64,000 nucleotides of DNA from Saprospiraceae bacterium (lineage in GTDB: Bacteria > Bacteroidota > Bacteroidia > Chitinophagales > Saprospiraceae), in contig JBJXGO010000027.1 in NCBI GenBank assembly GCA_046160345.1, positions 20,135 to 84,134 of the forward strand, in the 5' to 3' direction. The notes beneath the pieces were generated by a model. That model ran no database searches. It was not told the DNA's origin and saw only the letters and a program-made list of their open reading frames with translations. The translations under genes and the position numbers were made by a program. The first letter of the stretch is position 1. Every line of letters begins with the position of its first letter. This document shows positions 1-8,528 of the stretch, piece after piece.

Positions 1-774
1 CAGGCGCGGCGCCCGGTTGAGTCTTTGCAGACCGAAATGGGCAAAAATTCGGTTTTCTCCGGTCATCGGAACGATATCGCAGGCGGTGCTAACGGCTACA
101 AGATCGAGTAAAGAGGCGATCTCTTCACTTGGGGTGTTATGGTGCAACGCAAAAGCCTGAGCGAGTTTAAAAGAAATACCGCAGCCGCTGAGCTCTTTGT
201 ATGGATAAGGACAGTCTTCTCGTTTTGGATCAAGGCAGGCTACCGCCTCAGGCAAATCACCCTCGGGAAGGTGGTGGTCGCAGACGATGAAGTCTATGCC
301 ATAGGTTTTGGCCAATGCAATGGGTTTATGACCTTTGATGCCACAATCCATGGCAATGATAAGTGTGCAGCCCGTTTCTTTGGCGTATTCAACTCCTTGA
401 AGGCTCACCCCATACCCTTCTTTATCTCGATCTGGCAGGTAATAATCGAGGTTTGTATGAAACCCCGAAAGAAAAGCAAACATCAGCGCTACGCTGGTTG
501 TGCCGTCCACATCGTAATCGCCATAAAGCAGGATACGTTCGTTGTTTTGGATGGCAGCATCGAGGCGTTCCACGGCAATGTCCATATCCTTCATAAGGAA
601 TGGGTTGTGCGTGTTGTTCAAATCGTGCCGGAAAAAAATCCTAGCCGCTTCAAGGTTAAAAATGCCGCGTTGCACAAGCAATCGGCAAAAAAGTAACGGA
701 ATATTGAGTTCTGCTTGAAGCCGTTCGGCAGCGGCTTCGTCGGTGGGAGTTAAATTCCAGGTAGCAAGTTTCAT
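1..774 (-). CDS. recJ: Single-stranded-DNA-specific exonuclease RecJ, N-terminal part (gene runs off the window start)
   Basis: I translated the minus strand from the ATG at 774-772: MKLATWNLTPTDEAAAERLQAELNIPLLFCRLLVQRGI...ILLYGDYDVDGTTS...IVCDHHLPEG...LSGCGISFKLA. It carries the DHH-family motifs (DVDGTTS, DHH) and a RecJ-type N-terminus. The listed + ORF 139..696 is its antisense shadow. Confidence 0.85.
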   Translation of the reverse strand, partial: MKLATWNLTPTDEAAAERLQAELNIPLLFCRLLVQRGIFNLEAARIFFRHDLNNTHNPFLMKDMDIAVERLDAAIQNNERILLYGDYDVDGTTSVALMFAFLSGFHTNLDYYLPDRDKEGYGVSLQGVEYAKETGCTLIIAMDCGIKGHKPIALAKTYGIDFIVCDHHLPEGDLPEAVACLDPKREDCPYPYKELSGCGISFKLAQAFALHHNTPSEEIASLLDLVAVSTACDIVPMTGENRIFAHFGLQRLNRAPRL

Positions 775-924
775 TGGTGAGGAGCGGATTTTACGTGTTT
801 GCTACGAAGTTAATTGAATTTCCGCAATATCACGCTGAAAGATTAATTTTTGACCCTCAAAATTACAATGACAAACTTATTCCGGCATTGACCAATTCAC
901 AGTTTCGACCAAATATGTGAATTG

Positions 925-932
925 TACCTTTG
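925..932 (+). promoter_or_regulatory. Candidate Bacteroidota -7 promoter box (TACCTTTG, fits TAnnTTTG) upstream of the DEAD-box helicase
   Basis: The octamer matches the TAnnTTTG consensus. It lies about 110 nt upstream of the ATG at 1042, which would give a long 5' UTR. Confidence 0.3.
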
Positions 933-1004
933 GGATTCCAAATCGCCACTCCATCGCTTTTACTCGCCTTAGTCTCTGGCGTCGGCAAGCGGCTACGGTA
1001 GCTA

Positions 1005-1040
1005 AACCAATAACCAATCAACCAATCACCGTCAACCACC
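1005..1040. repeat. Short heptamer tract (ACCAATA/ACCAATC units) abutting the helicase start codon
   Basis: The sequence aaccaataaccaatcaaccaatcaccgtcaaccacc ends 1 nt before the ATG at 1042. It belongs to the same unit family as 46441-46632 and 51046-51115. Confidence 0.7.
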
Positions 1041-1041
1041 C

Positions 1042-2292
1042 ATGAAGTTCGAAGAATACCGCATCGCTATCGAGATCAAGCGCAATCTGGAGGAAATGGA
1101 GTTTCGGCGACCCACGGATATCCAATACAAGGCTATTCCGCCCATATTGAAAGGCGAGGATGTGCTGGCCATTGCTCAAACCGGTACGGGTAAAACAGCT
1201 GCATTTGCCATTCCGATCATTCATTTGTTGCACGACCGCAAGGTGTCTGGCCGCTCCGAGGGCATCAAGTGCGTTGTGATGGTGCCCACCAGAGAACTTG
1301 CTTTGCAAATAACAGAAGTATTTGAAAAATTGGGCCGACACACGCGGGTGAAAACCTTTTGTGTGTTTGGCGGGGTGGAACAAGGCCCGCAAATCGAACG
1401 ACTGGAAAAAGGGATCGATATCCTCGTGACTACACCCGGTAGGATGTTTGACCTGGTGAGTCAGGGCCATATTCGGTTGGAACGTGTGGAAATCCTGGTG
1501 CTCGACGAGGCAGACCACATGCTTGATCTCGGCTTTATCCGTGACATTCGAGATTTGATGAAATTCATCCCACGCAAGCGTCAAACCCTGTTTTTCTCTG
1601 CAACTATTAACGAGACGATCAAAGAGTTGGCCTACTCGCTGGTGACCCGCGCTATCCGAATTCAAATTTCACCCAAGGACCCGGTAGCTAAAAACATCAA
1701 TCACTCCGTGGTTTTTGTTGAGATGGACGACAAGCGTTTTTTCCTCGAACGGCTCATCAACGAAAATCCTGAAAGCAAAATCCTTGTGTTCGTGCGCACC
1801 AAGGTCCGGGCCGAGCGCGTAATGAAAGCCATGGAAAGAGTTGGTATTCAAAGTATTACGATTCACAGCGACAAGGAACAAAAAGATCGGTTGACGGTGA
1901 TGAGCCAATTCAGAAGCGGCGCTGTTAAAGTGCTGGTGGCTACCGACGTGAGCGCGCGCGGCATAGACATTCCCGATGTTGATTACGTGGTCAATTATGA
2001 TCTCCCTGATGTATCTGAGAATTATGTACACCGAGTGGGCCGTACTGGTCGTGGTGACAAAAAAGGATTGGCCGTGTCTTTTTGCAGTCAGGAGGAAAAA
2101 GAAATTTTGACTGAAATTGAAACCTTTCTCGACAAACCGATTCAGGTCATGAAATTAAGTAAAACGGAATACAGTGAAACGCTGGTACTCACCAAAGAAG
2201 AGCCGGATAAGTGGAAAGTCGTCATGCAGGAGATTGAGCAGGCGGAGGAGTGGAAGGCGAAAAACAAGAAGAAGAATAAAAAAAGTAGGTAA
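1042..2292 (+). CDS. DEAD-box ATP-dependent RNA helicase (RhlE-like) with Lys-rich C-terminal tail
   Basis: Helicase motifs are present: motif [15 protein letters not shown], motif II VLDEADHM, motif III SAT, and HRVGRTGRG. The tail ends KAKNKKKNKKSR. Confidence 0.95.
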   Translation: MKFEEYRIAIEIKRNLEEMEFRRPTDIQYKAIPPILKGEDVLAIAQTGTGKTAAFAIPIIHLLHDRKVSGRSEGIKCVVMVPTRELALQITEVFEKLGRHTRVKTFCVFGGVEQGPQIERLEKGIDILVTTPGRMFDLVSQGHIRLERVEILVLDEADHMLDLGFIRDIRDLMKFIPRKRQTLFFSATINETIKELAYSLVTRAIRIQISPKDPVAKNINHSVVFVEMDDKRFFLERLINENPESKILVFVRTKVRAERVMKAMERVGIQSITIHSDKEQKDRLTVMSQFRSGAVKVLVATDVSARGIDIPDVDYVVNYDLPDVSENYVHRVGRTGRGDKKGLAVSFCSQEEKEILTEIETFLDKPIQVMKLSKTEYSETLVLTKEEPDKWKVVMQEIEQAEEWKAKNKKKNKKSR

Positions 2293-2352
2293 GGGGAATT
2301 TAGTTGGGATTCATGTAACTCCAATAATCTTAAAAGTCACAACCAAGCAGGC

Positions 2353-2673
2353 TTAGGAAATTACATAGGTTTTGCCTTTCTCAAAATCAGGCACTTGAGC
2401 AAGAAAGCTTGGGACTAGCAGCGCCAAATATTTAATGTTACTTTTGACCGCGTCGAAAACTACAAGGGTAAGTTTGAATTTGCTGATATTCTGTTGGTAA
2501 TCAATGTTTTTATCAATAGTGAGCAATACTTCGAATCCCATTTGCTCGGCAGCAGCAAGCAGGTTGCCATTTTTTACTCCAGATAAATCTAATTCCGTTA
2601 CAGTCTGCACCGCATGCCCAGACAAATGTTTTCTCAGCTTTCGAGTAACGCATTCGTCAAGCAAAATTTTCAT
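2353..2673 (-). CDS. DUF5615-family PIN-like putative toxin
   Basis: The N-terminus MKILLDECVTRKLRKHLSGH... is typical of DUF5615 proteins paired with DUF433. I prefer the internal ATG at 2673, which overlaps the upstream DUF433 gene by 17 nt. Confidence 0.65.
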   Translation of the reverse strand: MKILLDECVTRKLRKHLSGHAVQTVTELDLSGVKNGNLLAAAEQMGFEVLLTIDKNIDYQQNISKFKLTLVVFDAVKSNIKYLALLVPSFLAQVPDFEKGKTYVIS

Positions 2674-2890
2674 GTAAGATTTCAGCAGAAGAAACAATCA
2701 GTCTTTGAGAAAGAGCCAATACCTGCTCCACCTGTTCGCGGGTAACAGAGGGAAAGTCCTCTAAAAACTCCTCAATAGTGTCGCCTTCTTCCAAATAGTC
2801 AAATAGATTTTTTATAGGCACTCGTGTGCCCCAAAAAACGGGAGTTCCACCAAGGATTTCTTTGTCAACGTTTATGACTCTATGTGACAT
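2657..2890 (-). CDS. DUF433-domain protein (putative antitoxin / DNA-binding partner)
   Basis: The 77-aa product contains ILGGTPVFWGTRVPIKNLFDYLEEGDTIEEFLEDFPSVTREQVEQVL, the characteristic DUF433 core. Confidence 0.7.
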   Translation of the reverse strand: MSHRVINVDKEILGGTPVFWGTRVPIKNLFDYLEEGDTIEEFLEDFPSVTREQVEQVLALSQRLIVSSAEILHENFA

Positions 2891-2939
2891 AGCTTGAAAA
2901 TAATTTGTTCAAAAGTACGGAGAAAACTCGAAAAAGCAA

Positions 2940-5867
2940 TCAATGCGCCTCCAACCAATTCTCACCCACCCCGATCTCCACCAAAATCGGCACTTTCAGA
3001 TTCGGCATTGCATGGGTCATTTTGTCCAGAATAAGTGGTTTCATCTGATCTAACTCATCCTTTCGCACGTCAAACACCAATTCGTCGTGTACCTGCAGGA
3101 TCATCTGCGATTTTAATCCAGCCTTGCGCATGGCTTCGCGGATATTGATCATCGCCACCTTGATCAGATCAGCGGCGGAGCCTTGAATGGGTGTATTGAT
3201 TGCAATCCGTTCGCTCATGGAACGCATCATGCCGTTGCCAGAATTGATGTCGCGCAGATAGCGGCGGCGACCCAGCATTGTTTCGACATAACCATGCGCG
3301 CGGGCGAATTCGACGATACTGGTCATGTAGCCCCGCAAGCCGGAATATTGACGGAAGTAATTCTCAATCAACTCTTTGGCCTCGGTGCGCTTGATGCCAA
3401 GTTGCTGACTGAGATTGCTCGCCCCGGCACCATATATTATGCTGAAATTGACGGTTTTTGCGGCCCGACGCTGGTCGCTCGTAACTTGGTCGAGTGCCAC
3501 ACCGTAAACCCCGGCCGCGGTCGCCGTATGGATGTCCAGATTATTCTGAAAGGCATTTAGCATGGCTTCATCTCCACTGATCTCTGCGATTAAGCGAAGT
3601 TCAATTTGCGAATAGTCCGCACTGACGATAAGGTGATTTGAATCTCTTGGAACGAATGCTTCCCGCACTTTTCGGCCTTCAGCCGTGCGGATTGGAATGT
3701 TTTGCAGGTTCGGGTTTTGGCTGCTGAGCCGCCCGGAGGCGACCAGGGCCTGATTGAACGAAGAGTGAACCCTGCCTGTGCGCGGGTTTACGAGTGCAGG
3801 CAATGCATCTACATAGGTCGATTTTAATTTCATCAGACCGCGGTGCGAAAGAATGTCGGCACAAATCGGATAATTAGCGGCCAAATCGGAGAGGATTTCC
3901 TCATCGGTGGAATACTGGCCAGATTTCATTTTTTTACCGGGATAGGGCAATTTCAACTGGTCAAATAAGGCCTCTCCGACTTGTTTAGGGCTTGCAATGT
4001 TGAAATTGAACCCAGCTTCTTTCAAAATTTTATCCTCCAGATCAACGATGAGCACGGCTAATTCACTGGAATATTCCTTTAAAAAATCGGGGTCAATCCG
4101 AACGCCTGCATGCTCTATATCAGCCAAAACCTTCACAAGTGGCGTTTCAACCTCCTCGAATAGTTTGACCAACACAGCTCCACCTTCTTCAAGCTTTGGT
4201 TTCAGCACATCGCGCAGGCGAAGCGTCACATCGGCATCTTCAGCGGCGTATTCTTTGATAACCTCAACCGGCACATCGCGCATGGAACCTTGGGCAGTCC
4301 CGCCTTTTTTCTTCCCGATAAGTTCTTCGATTTTGACAGGAGCGTAATTCAACAGGGTTTCCGCCATATAATTCATGTTATGACGAAGATCTGGTTCGAG
4401 CAGGTAGTGTGCCAGCATTGTGTCCCAATACGGCCCGCGGAGTTCACAGTTGTAGTTCAGGAGCACAATTGCATCGTATTTGAGATTTTGCCCAATTTTC
4501 ACGATCTGTTCATCTTCAAACACTGGCCGGAATTCTTCCACAATTTTTTGCGCTTCCGCAGGGTTGGCAGGAATAGGCACATACCATGCATCAAAGGTTT
4601 TTACAGCAAAAGAAAACCCTACCAGATCCGCTTGCGACGCTTCGAGGGCTGTTGTCTCGGAATCGTATGAAAAAGCCTTGGCTTTTTTCAGAATGGCAAG
4701 AAGTTGTGCCCGCTTTTCTGGGGTATCTGCCAGATGGTAGGTGTGTTCTGTGTTTTCGATGTTGTGCGTGCCTCTCGTGTGGAAGGTGCCTTCCGGGTTG
4801 GCAAGCGGTGAAGCTATGGATTGAGATTCCATTTCAGGCTCGCCAAAAAGGTTTCCTTGTATTCCGGCACCTGTTGCAGAGGGTTTACTAGGCTTTGCGG
4901 TGCCGGATGCCTTGGCAGTAATGGCGGCGTTGGCGGCAGGGTTATTATCTGAAGATTCGTTGGATGACGTCGCTGGCATAGCCGCTCCTCCCCATTTGCT
5001 CCGCAGAATTGCATCTGCCAAAGTCTTGAATTCCAACTCCTTAAAGATCTCCAATAATTCCTCCCGATTGAAAGGCTCGATCTCAAAGTCTTTTTCGTGA
5101 AATTGAACTGGAGAGTTGATGTCGATGGTTGCCAGCCATTTGGAAAGCGTAGCTTTTTCGTGGTGGGTTTTTACAATTTCCTGTTGCTTGCCTTTAAGTT
5201 TGTCGGCATTGGCAAGCAGGTTTTCAATGGTGTCGAATTCGGCCAGCAGTTTGGCAGCCGTTTTTTCGCCAATACCTGGCAGGCCGGGGATGTTGTCCAC
5301 CGCGTCGCCCATGAGTCCGAGCATATCGATCACTTGATCTACGCGTTGGATACCCCAACGTTCGCAGACCTCTTTGGGCCCCCATATTTCAGCAGGTTCG
5401 CCACCCTTGCTGGGTTTATAAAGTTGAATATTTTCCGACACCAATTGCCCAAAATCCTTGTCGGGCGTGACCATGTAGGTGACGTACCCTACTTGCTCCG
5501 CTTGTTTGGCAAGCGAACCGATCACGTCGTCTGCCTCGTAGTTAGGCACAATAACGACGGGTATATTCATCGCCTTCACGATCTTGTTTACCCAGGGCAG
5601 CGCGAAAGTAATATCTTCGGGTTGCGCCTCCCGGTTGGCTTTGTATGCCTCGAATTTATCGTTGCGGAATGTGCCTCCCTTTGGGTCGAACACCACAGCG
5701 ATATGGGTGGGTTTTTCATTTTGCATCAAATCCCACATGGTGCGCATAAATCCCTGAATGGCTGAAACATTCCAGCCTTTGGAGTTGATAAGCGGGCGAG
5801 CGATGAAAGCGAAATGTGCACGATAGATCAGCGCGTGGCCGTCGAGGAGGAATAGTTTTTTTGCCAT
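2940..5867 (-). CDS. polA: DNA polymerase I
   Basis: It has a 5'-nuclease N-terminus (MAKKLFLLDGHALIYRAHFAF), a 3'-5' exonuclease motif (FSYDSETT), and polymerase motifs A (DYSQIELR), B (RRAAKTVNFSIIYG) and C (QVHDELVF). The start is set at the ATG at 5867, because the longer ORF reaching 5933 would overlap psuG. Confidence 0.97.
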   Translation of the reverse strand: MAKKLFLLDGHALIYRAHFAFIARPLINSKGWNVSAIQGFMRTMWDLMQNEKPTHIAVVFDPKGGTFRNDKFEAYKANREAQPEDITFALPWVNKIVKAMNIPVVIVPNYEADDVIGSLAKQAEQVGYVTYMVTPDKDFGQLVSENIQLYKPSKGGEPAEIWGPKEVCERWGIQRVDQVIDMLGLMGDAVDNIPGLPGIGEKTAAKLLAEFDTIENLLANADKLKGKQQEIVKTHHEKATLSKWLATIDINSPVQFHEKDFEIEPFNREELLEIFKELEFKTLADAILRSKWGGAAMPATSSNESSDNNPAANAAITAKASGTAKPSKPSATGAGIQGNLFGEPEMESQSIASPLANPEGTFHTRGTHNIENTEHTYHLADTPEKRAQLLAILKKAKAFSYDSETTALEASQADLVGFSFAVKTFDAWYVPIPANPAEAQKIVEEFRPVFEDEQIVKIGQNLKYDAIVLLNYNCELRGPYWDTMLAHYLLEPDLRHNMNYMAETLLNYAPVKIEELIGKKKGGTAQGSMRDVPVEVIKEYAAEDADVTLRLRDVLKPKLEEGGAVLVKLFEEVETPLVKVLADIEHAGVRIDPDFLKEYSSELAVLIVDLEDKILKEAGFNFNIASPKQVGEALFDQLKLPYPGKKMKSGQYSTDEEILSDLAANYPICADILSHRGLMKLKSTYVDALPALVNPRTGRVHSSFNQALVASGRLSSQNPNLQNIPIRTAEGRKVREAFVPRDSNHLIVSADYSQIELRLIAEISGDEAMLNAFQNNLDIHTATAAGVYGVALDQVTSDQRRAAKTVNFSIIYGAGASNLSQQLGIKRTEAKELIENYFRQYSGLRGYMTSIVEFARAHGYVETMLGRRRYLRDINSGNGMMRSMSERIAINTPIQGSAADLIKVAMINIREAMRKAGLKSQMILQVHDELVFDVRKDELDQMKPLILDKMTHAMPNLKVPILVEIGVGENWLEAH

Positions 5868-5895
5868 GGGGCAAAAGTAGCCAAAGTGCCGGTTT

Positions 5896-6831
5896 TTAGA
5901 TGTTATCTGTGCGGCGTAAATGCTGAAACGCAACCGCGATCGCTCCGCCCAGCCGGGCGTTGTTCAACACCAGTTCTATATTGGTCTGCAGGCTGCGCCC
6001 ACCCGATAAATTTTCAATTTTGGCCAATAAAAAAGGTGTGAGCGCCTTGCCTCGAATTCCTTTTTGTTCCCCTTCTGATATGGCTTCTGCAATCGTTTTT
6101 TCAATCAAATTGCCATCCAATTGATATTCCTCTGGCACGGGGTTGGCAATTAATGCCCCGCCGCGTGCGTCTATTTCCCATTTTGTTTTCAAAATCTGCG
6201 CGATTTCGGTTGCGGAACTCATCTGAAAATCTACCATAAAATTGCTATGGCGGGTAAAAAACGCTGGAAATATGTTGCTGCGGTATCCAATTATCGGCAC
6301 GCCCATTGTTTCAAGGTATTCAATCGTAAGGCCTAGATCGAGGATGCTTTTGGCCCCGGCACTCACTACAGCAACAGGTGTGTGTGCCAATTCCTGTAAG
6401 TCAGCAGAAATATCCATGGTGCTGGCTGCGCCCCGGTGAACCCCTCCGATCCCACCTGTAGCGAAAATACGAATGCCGGCCAGGTGGGCCACCATCATGG
6501 TTGAGGCTACCGTTGTAGCACCGTGTTTGCCTTGACTGACCAGGTAAGCCATGTCCCGCCGACTGGCCTTAGGGATTTTTGAACCCTCTTTGCCAAGTAA
6601 TTCGATTTCGTCAATATGAAGTCCTGCTTTGAGCTTTCCGTCGATAATGGCACAGGTTGCGGGGGTTGCGCCAGCCTCTCGTACCGTTTTTTCTACGAGA
6701 AGAGCGGTTTCTACATTTTGTGGGAAGGGCATTCCATGGGCGATGATAGTGCTTTCCAGGGCAACTAAAGGCCGGTTTTCTTGGATTGCCTTTTGTACTT
6801 CAGTTGAAAAGGCAAGGTGTTTGTTGTACAT
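5896..6831 (-). CDS. psuG: Pseudouridine-5'-phosphate glycosidase
   Basis: The 311-aa product shows PLVALESTIIAHGMPFPQN...GGIGGVHRG, the typical PsuG/IndA family pattern. Confidence 0.9.
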   Translation of the reverse strand: MYNKHLAFSTEVQKAIQENRPLVALESTIIAHGMPFPQNVETALLVEKTVREAGATPATCAIIDGKLKAGLHIDEIELLGKEGSKIPKASRRDMAYLVSQGKHGATTVASTMMVAHLAGIRIFATGGIGGVHRGAASTMDISADLQELAHTPVAVVSAGAKSILDLGLTIEYLETMGVPIIGYRSNIFPAFFTRHSNFMVDFQMSSATEIAQILKTKWEIDARGGALIANPVPEEYQLDGNLIEKTIAEAISEGEQKGIRGKALTPFLLAKIENLSGGRSLQTNIELVLNNARLGGAIAVAFQHLRRTDNI

Positions 6832-6954
6832 TTGACTGGTTATATTTTTTGACAGGATGAACTGGATGGCCGGGATTTGGGTCTATTCATGACCTTTTTG
6901 GATTTTCTGAAATTTTTTAAGGCACAAAGGTTGTTATTTTGCACAATCAGAAAT

Positions 6955-6962
6955 TACCTTTG
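6955..6962 (+). promoter_or_regulatory. Candidate -7 promoter box (TACCTTTG) for the tRNA-Asn locus
   Basis: The TAnnTTTG match lies 24 nt upstream of the first tRNA-like sequence. A TTG sits about 22 nt further upstream at 6931. Confidence 0.4.
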
Positions 6963-6985
6963 CCGCCGCTTTTGAAAAAAGCATT

Positions 6986-7067
6986 GTCTCATTAGCTCAG
7001 TTGGTTAGAGTCCCGATTTGGATCGGGATTAATCCGCAGGGCCAAGGCTCAAGTCCTTGATGGGTCG
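6986..7067 (+). pseudogene. Degenerate tRNA-Asn-like copy whose anticodon arm 5' half is replaced by a small hairpin
   Basis: The acceptor 5' strand, the D-arm (gtctcattagctcagttggttagag) and the 3' part (taatccgcagggccaaggctcaagtccttgatgggtcg) match the adjacent tRNA-Asn. However, 'cggcggactgt' is replaced by the hairpin tcccgatttggatcgggat. No 7-nt anticodon loop can be drawn, and the acceptor stem has a T-T mismatch. Confidence 0.6.
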
Positions 7068-7087
7068 AGTAAGAAGAAAAAAGCATT

Positions 7088-7161
7088 GTCTCATTAGCTC
7101 AGTTGGTTAGAGCGGCGGACTGTTAATCCGTAGGTCCAAGGTTCAAGTCCTTGATGGGACG
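7088..7161 (+). tRNA. tRNA-Asn (anticodon GTT)
   Basis: I folded the cloverleaf by hand: acceptor gtctcat/atgggac, D-arm gctc-agttggtta-gagc, anticodon stem gcgga/tccgt with loop ctGTTaa, T-arm caagg-ttcaagt-ccttg, discriminator g. Confidence 0.9.
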
Positions 7162-7166
7162 CATAA

Positions 7167-7197
7167 GCCACTCCGAAAATCCGGGGTGGCTTTTTTT
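7167..7197 (+). terminator. Rho-independent terminator-like hairpin after tRNA-Asn
   Basis: The stem gccactccg/cggggtggc is 9 bp with one G-U pair and is followed by 7 T. The T-run ends 2 nt before the GIY-YIG ATG. Confidence 0.6.
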
Positions 7198-7199
7198 CG

Positions 7200-7511
7200 A
7201 TGACATACTTTGTTTACATCCTTTATTCGGAGAAGTTTGACAAGTACTACATTGGGCAGACAAATTCATTGGAACAGCGATTGGAACGCCACAATGAATT
7301 TGACTCAACAAACTCCTTCACCTCAAAATACCGCCCCTGGATGCTGAAGGCGTTTGTTGAAATTGGGGAAAGCCGAGCGGATGCCATGAAAGTCGAGCGT
7401 CGCTTAAAGGCATTAAAATCAAAAAAAGCAATTGCGGAAATTGCCGCAAACCCAGAAAAGTTAGTGGGCTTGGCCCAAAAAGTTCTTTCTTCTGATATCG
7501 CGTCTCATTAG
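7200..7511 (+). CDS. Small stand-alone GIY-YIG domain nuclease-family protein
   Basis: The 103-aa product shows YFVYILYSEKFDKYYIGQTNSLEQRLERHN, i.e. GIY...YIG motifs plus a conserved Arg/Glu region. Its 3' end and stop codon lie inside a tRNA 5'-half copy. Confidence 0.85.
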   Translation: MTYFVYILYSEKFDKYYIGQTNSLEQRLERHNEFDSTNSFTSKYRPWMLKAFVEIGESRADAMKVERRLKALKSKKAIAEIAANPEKLVGLAQKVLSSDIASH

Positions 7512-7557
7512 CTCGGTTGGTTAGAGTCCCGACCGGGTCGGGATTGATCAGTAGGGC
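7502..7557 (+). repeat. Truncated copy of the hairpin-bearing pseudo-tRNA (5' half only)
   Basis: The sequence gtctcattagctcggttggttagag + hairpin tcccgaccgggtcggga + ttgatcagtagggc aligns to 6986-7041 and then diverges. Together the two copies form a direct repeat flanking tRNA-Asn and the GIY-YIG gene. Confidence 0.65.
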
Positions 7558-7617
7558 TTCTTTAAAAATTTCCGCCGGCTTCTTTGACCACATTTATCAC
7601 ATTTCTCGTATTAAAAA

Positions 7618-8526
7618 ATGAGCCTCTTAACCGTTGGCACCGTCGCTTTTGACGACATCGAAACACCCTCAGGAAGGGCAGAAAAAGTAGTAGGTGGTGC
7701 TTGTACCTATATTTCTTTAGCCGCTTCCTATTTCACCAGCCCTGTGCGCGTTGTGTCGGTAGTTGGCGACGATTTTCCAAAACAAACGCTGGATTATTTG
7801 CACAATAGAGGCGTGGACCTTCAAGGGTTACAAGTTAAGGAAGGCGAAAAATCCTTTTTCTGGGCAGGTAGATACCACAGCAATTTTAATAGCCGGGATA
7901 CACTCGACACACAACTGAACGTACTGGCAAACTTTGATCCGATACTGCCTGAATCCTACCGTCAAAGCGATTATCTGATGCTCGGCAACCTCACCCCACA
8001 AGTGCAGATGCGTGTGTTGGAGCAGCTCACGCACCGACCCAAACTCGTAGCACTGGATACGATGAATTTTTGGATGGATATTGCCCTTGATGACCTTCGA
8101 AAGGTAATCGAAAAAGTAGATGTCCTGACCATCAATGACGAAGAAGCGCGCCAACTTTCGGGCGAGCATTCTTTGTTGAAAGCTTCCAGGGTGATCCATC
8201 AAATGGGGCCTAAATACCTGATCATCAAAAAGGGAGAGCATGGGGCCCTGCTGTTTCATCGCGGTCAAACCTTTTTCGCGCCGGCCCTTCCGCTGGCTGA
8301 ACTGGTGGACCCCACAGGTGCCGGCGACACTTTCGCCGGGGGATTCATGGGGTGGATAGCCAAAACGGGCGATACCTCGTTTGAAAACATGAAGCGGGCT
8401 GTAATCTATGGTTCTGCCATGGCGTCTTTTTGCGTCGAAGCGTTCAGTATCGAGCGCCTAAAAGGCTTAAGTCCCGCTATGATTGAAAATCGCGTGGAAC
8501 AATTTGTAGAATTGGTACGGTTTTAA
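7618..8526 (+). CDS. PfkB-family carbohydrate/nucleoside kinase
   Basis: The 302-aa product carries the PfkB signature DPTGAGDTFAGGF near its C-terminus and an N-terminal GG-containing motif (VVGGACTY). Confidence 0.85.
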   Translation: MSLLTVGTVAFDDIETPSGRAEKVVGGACTYISLAASYFTSPVRVVSVVGDDFPKQTLDYLHNRGVDLQGLQVKEGEKSFFWAGRYHSNFNSRDTLDTQLNVLANFDPILPESYRQSDYLMLGNLTPQVQMRVLEQLTHRPKLVALDTMNFWMDIALDDLRKVIEKVDVLTINDEEARQLSGEHSLLKASRVIHQMGPKYLIIKKGEHGALLFHRGQTFFAPALPLAELVDPTGAGDTFAGGFMGWIAKTGDTSFENMKRAVIYGSAMASFCVEAFSIERLKGLSPAMIENRVEQFVELVRF

Positions 8527-8528
8527 CC

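Noticed and set aside
139-696. 185-aa + strand ORF (and the nested ORF 363..596)
   Set aside because: It is antisense to a clear RecJ coding sequence with DHH motifs on the minus strand. Its own translation has no recognisable family and is rich in residues typical of shadow frames.
5868-5933. N-terminal extensions suggested by the longest-ORF coordinates: polA to 5933, 23027 for the dehydrogenase, 23991 for the TonB-dependent receptor, 46064 for trpS, 20561 for the MBL hydrolase, 23125 for the lipoprotein, 31971 for the PorV-like gene, 42436 for the small Cys protein
   Set aside because: In each case an internal start gives the family-typical N-terminus or a proper signal peptide and removes the overlap with neighbouring genes or repeats. 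The extensions read through intergenic sequence.
6986-7067. Treating the first tRNA-like sequence as a functional tRNA, possibly with an intron or a long variable arm
   Set aside because: No 7-nt anticodon loop or 5-bp anticodon stem can be drawn. The inserted hairpin has a 4-8-nt loop, the acceptor stem has a T-T mismatch, and the element is far too short for a group I intron.
7618-8526. Assigning the PfkB kinase as pseudouridine kinase PsuK because psuG lies nearby and divergent
   Set aside because: Only the generic PfkB signature is visible. The genes are separated by the tRNA/GIY-YIG locus, and the N-terminus does not look specifically YeiC-like, so the specific assignment is not supported.
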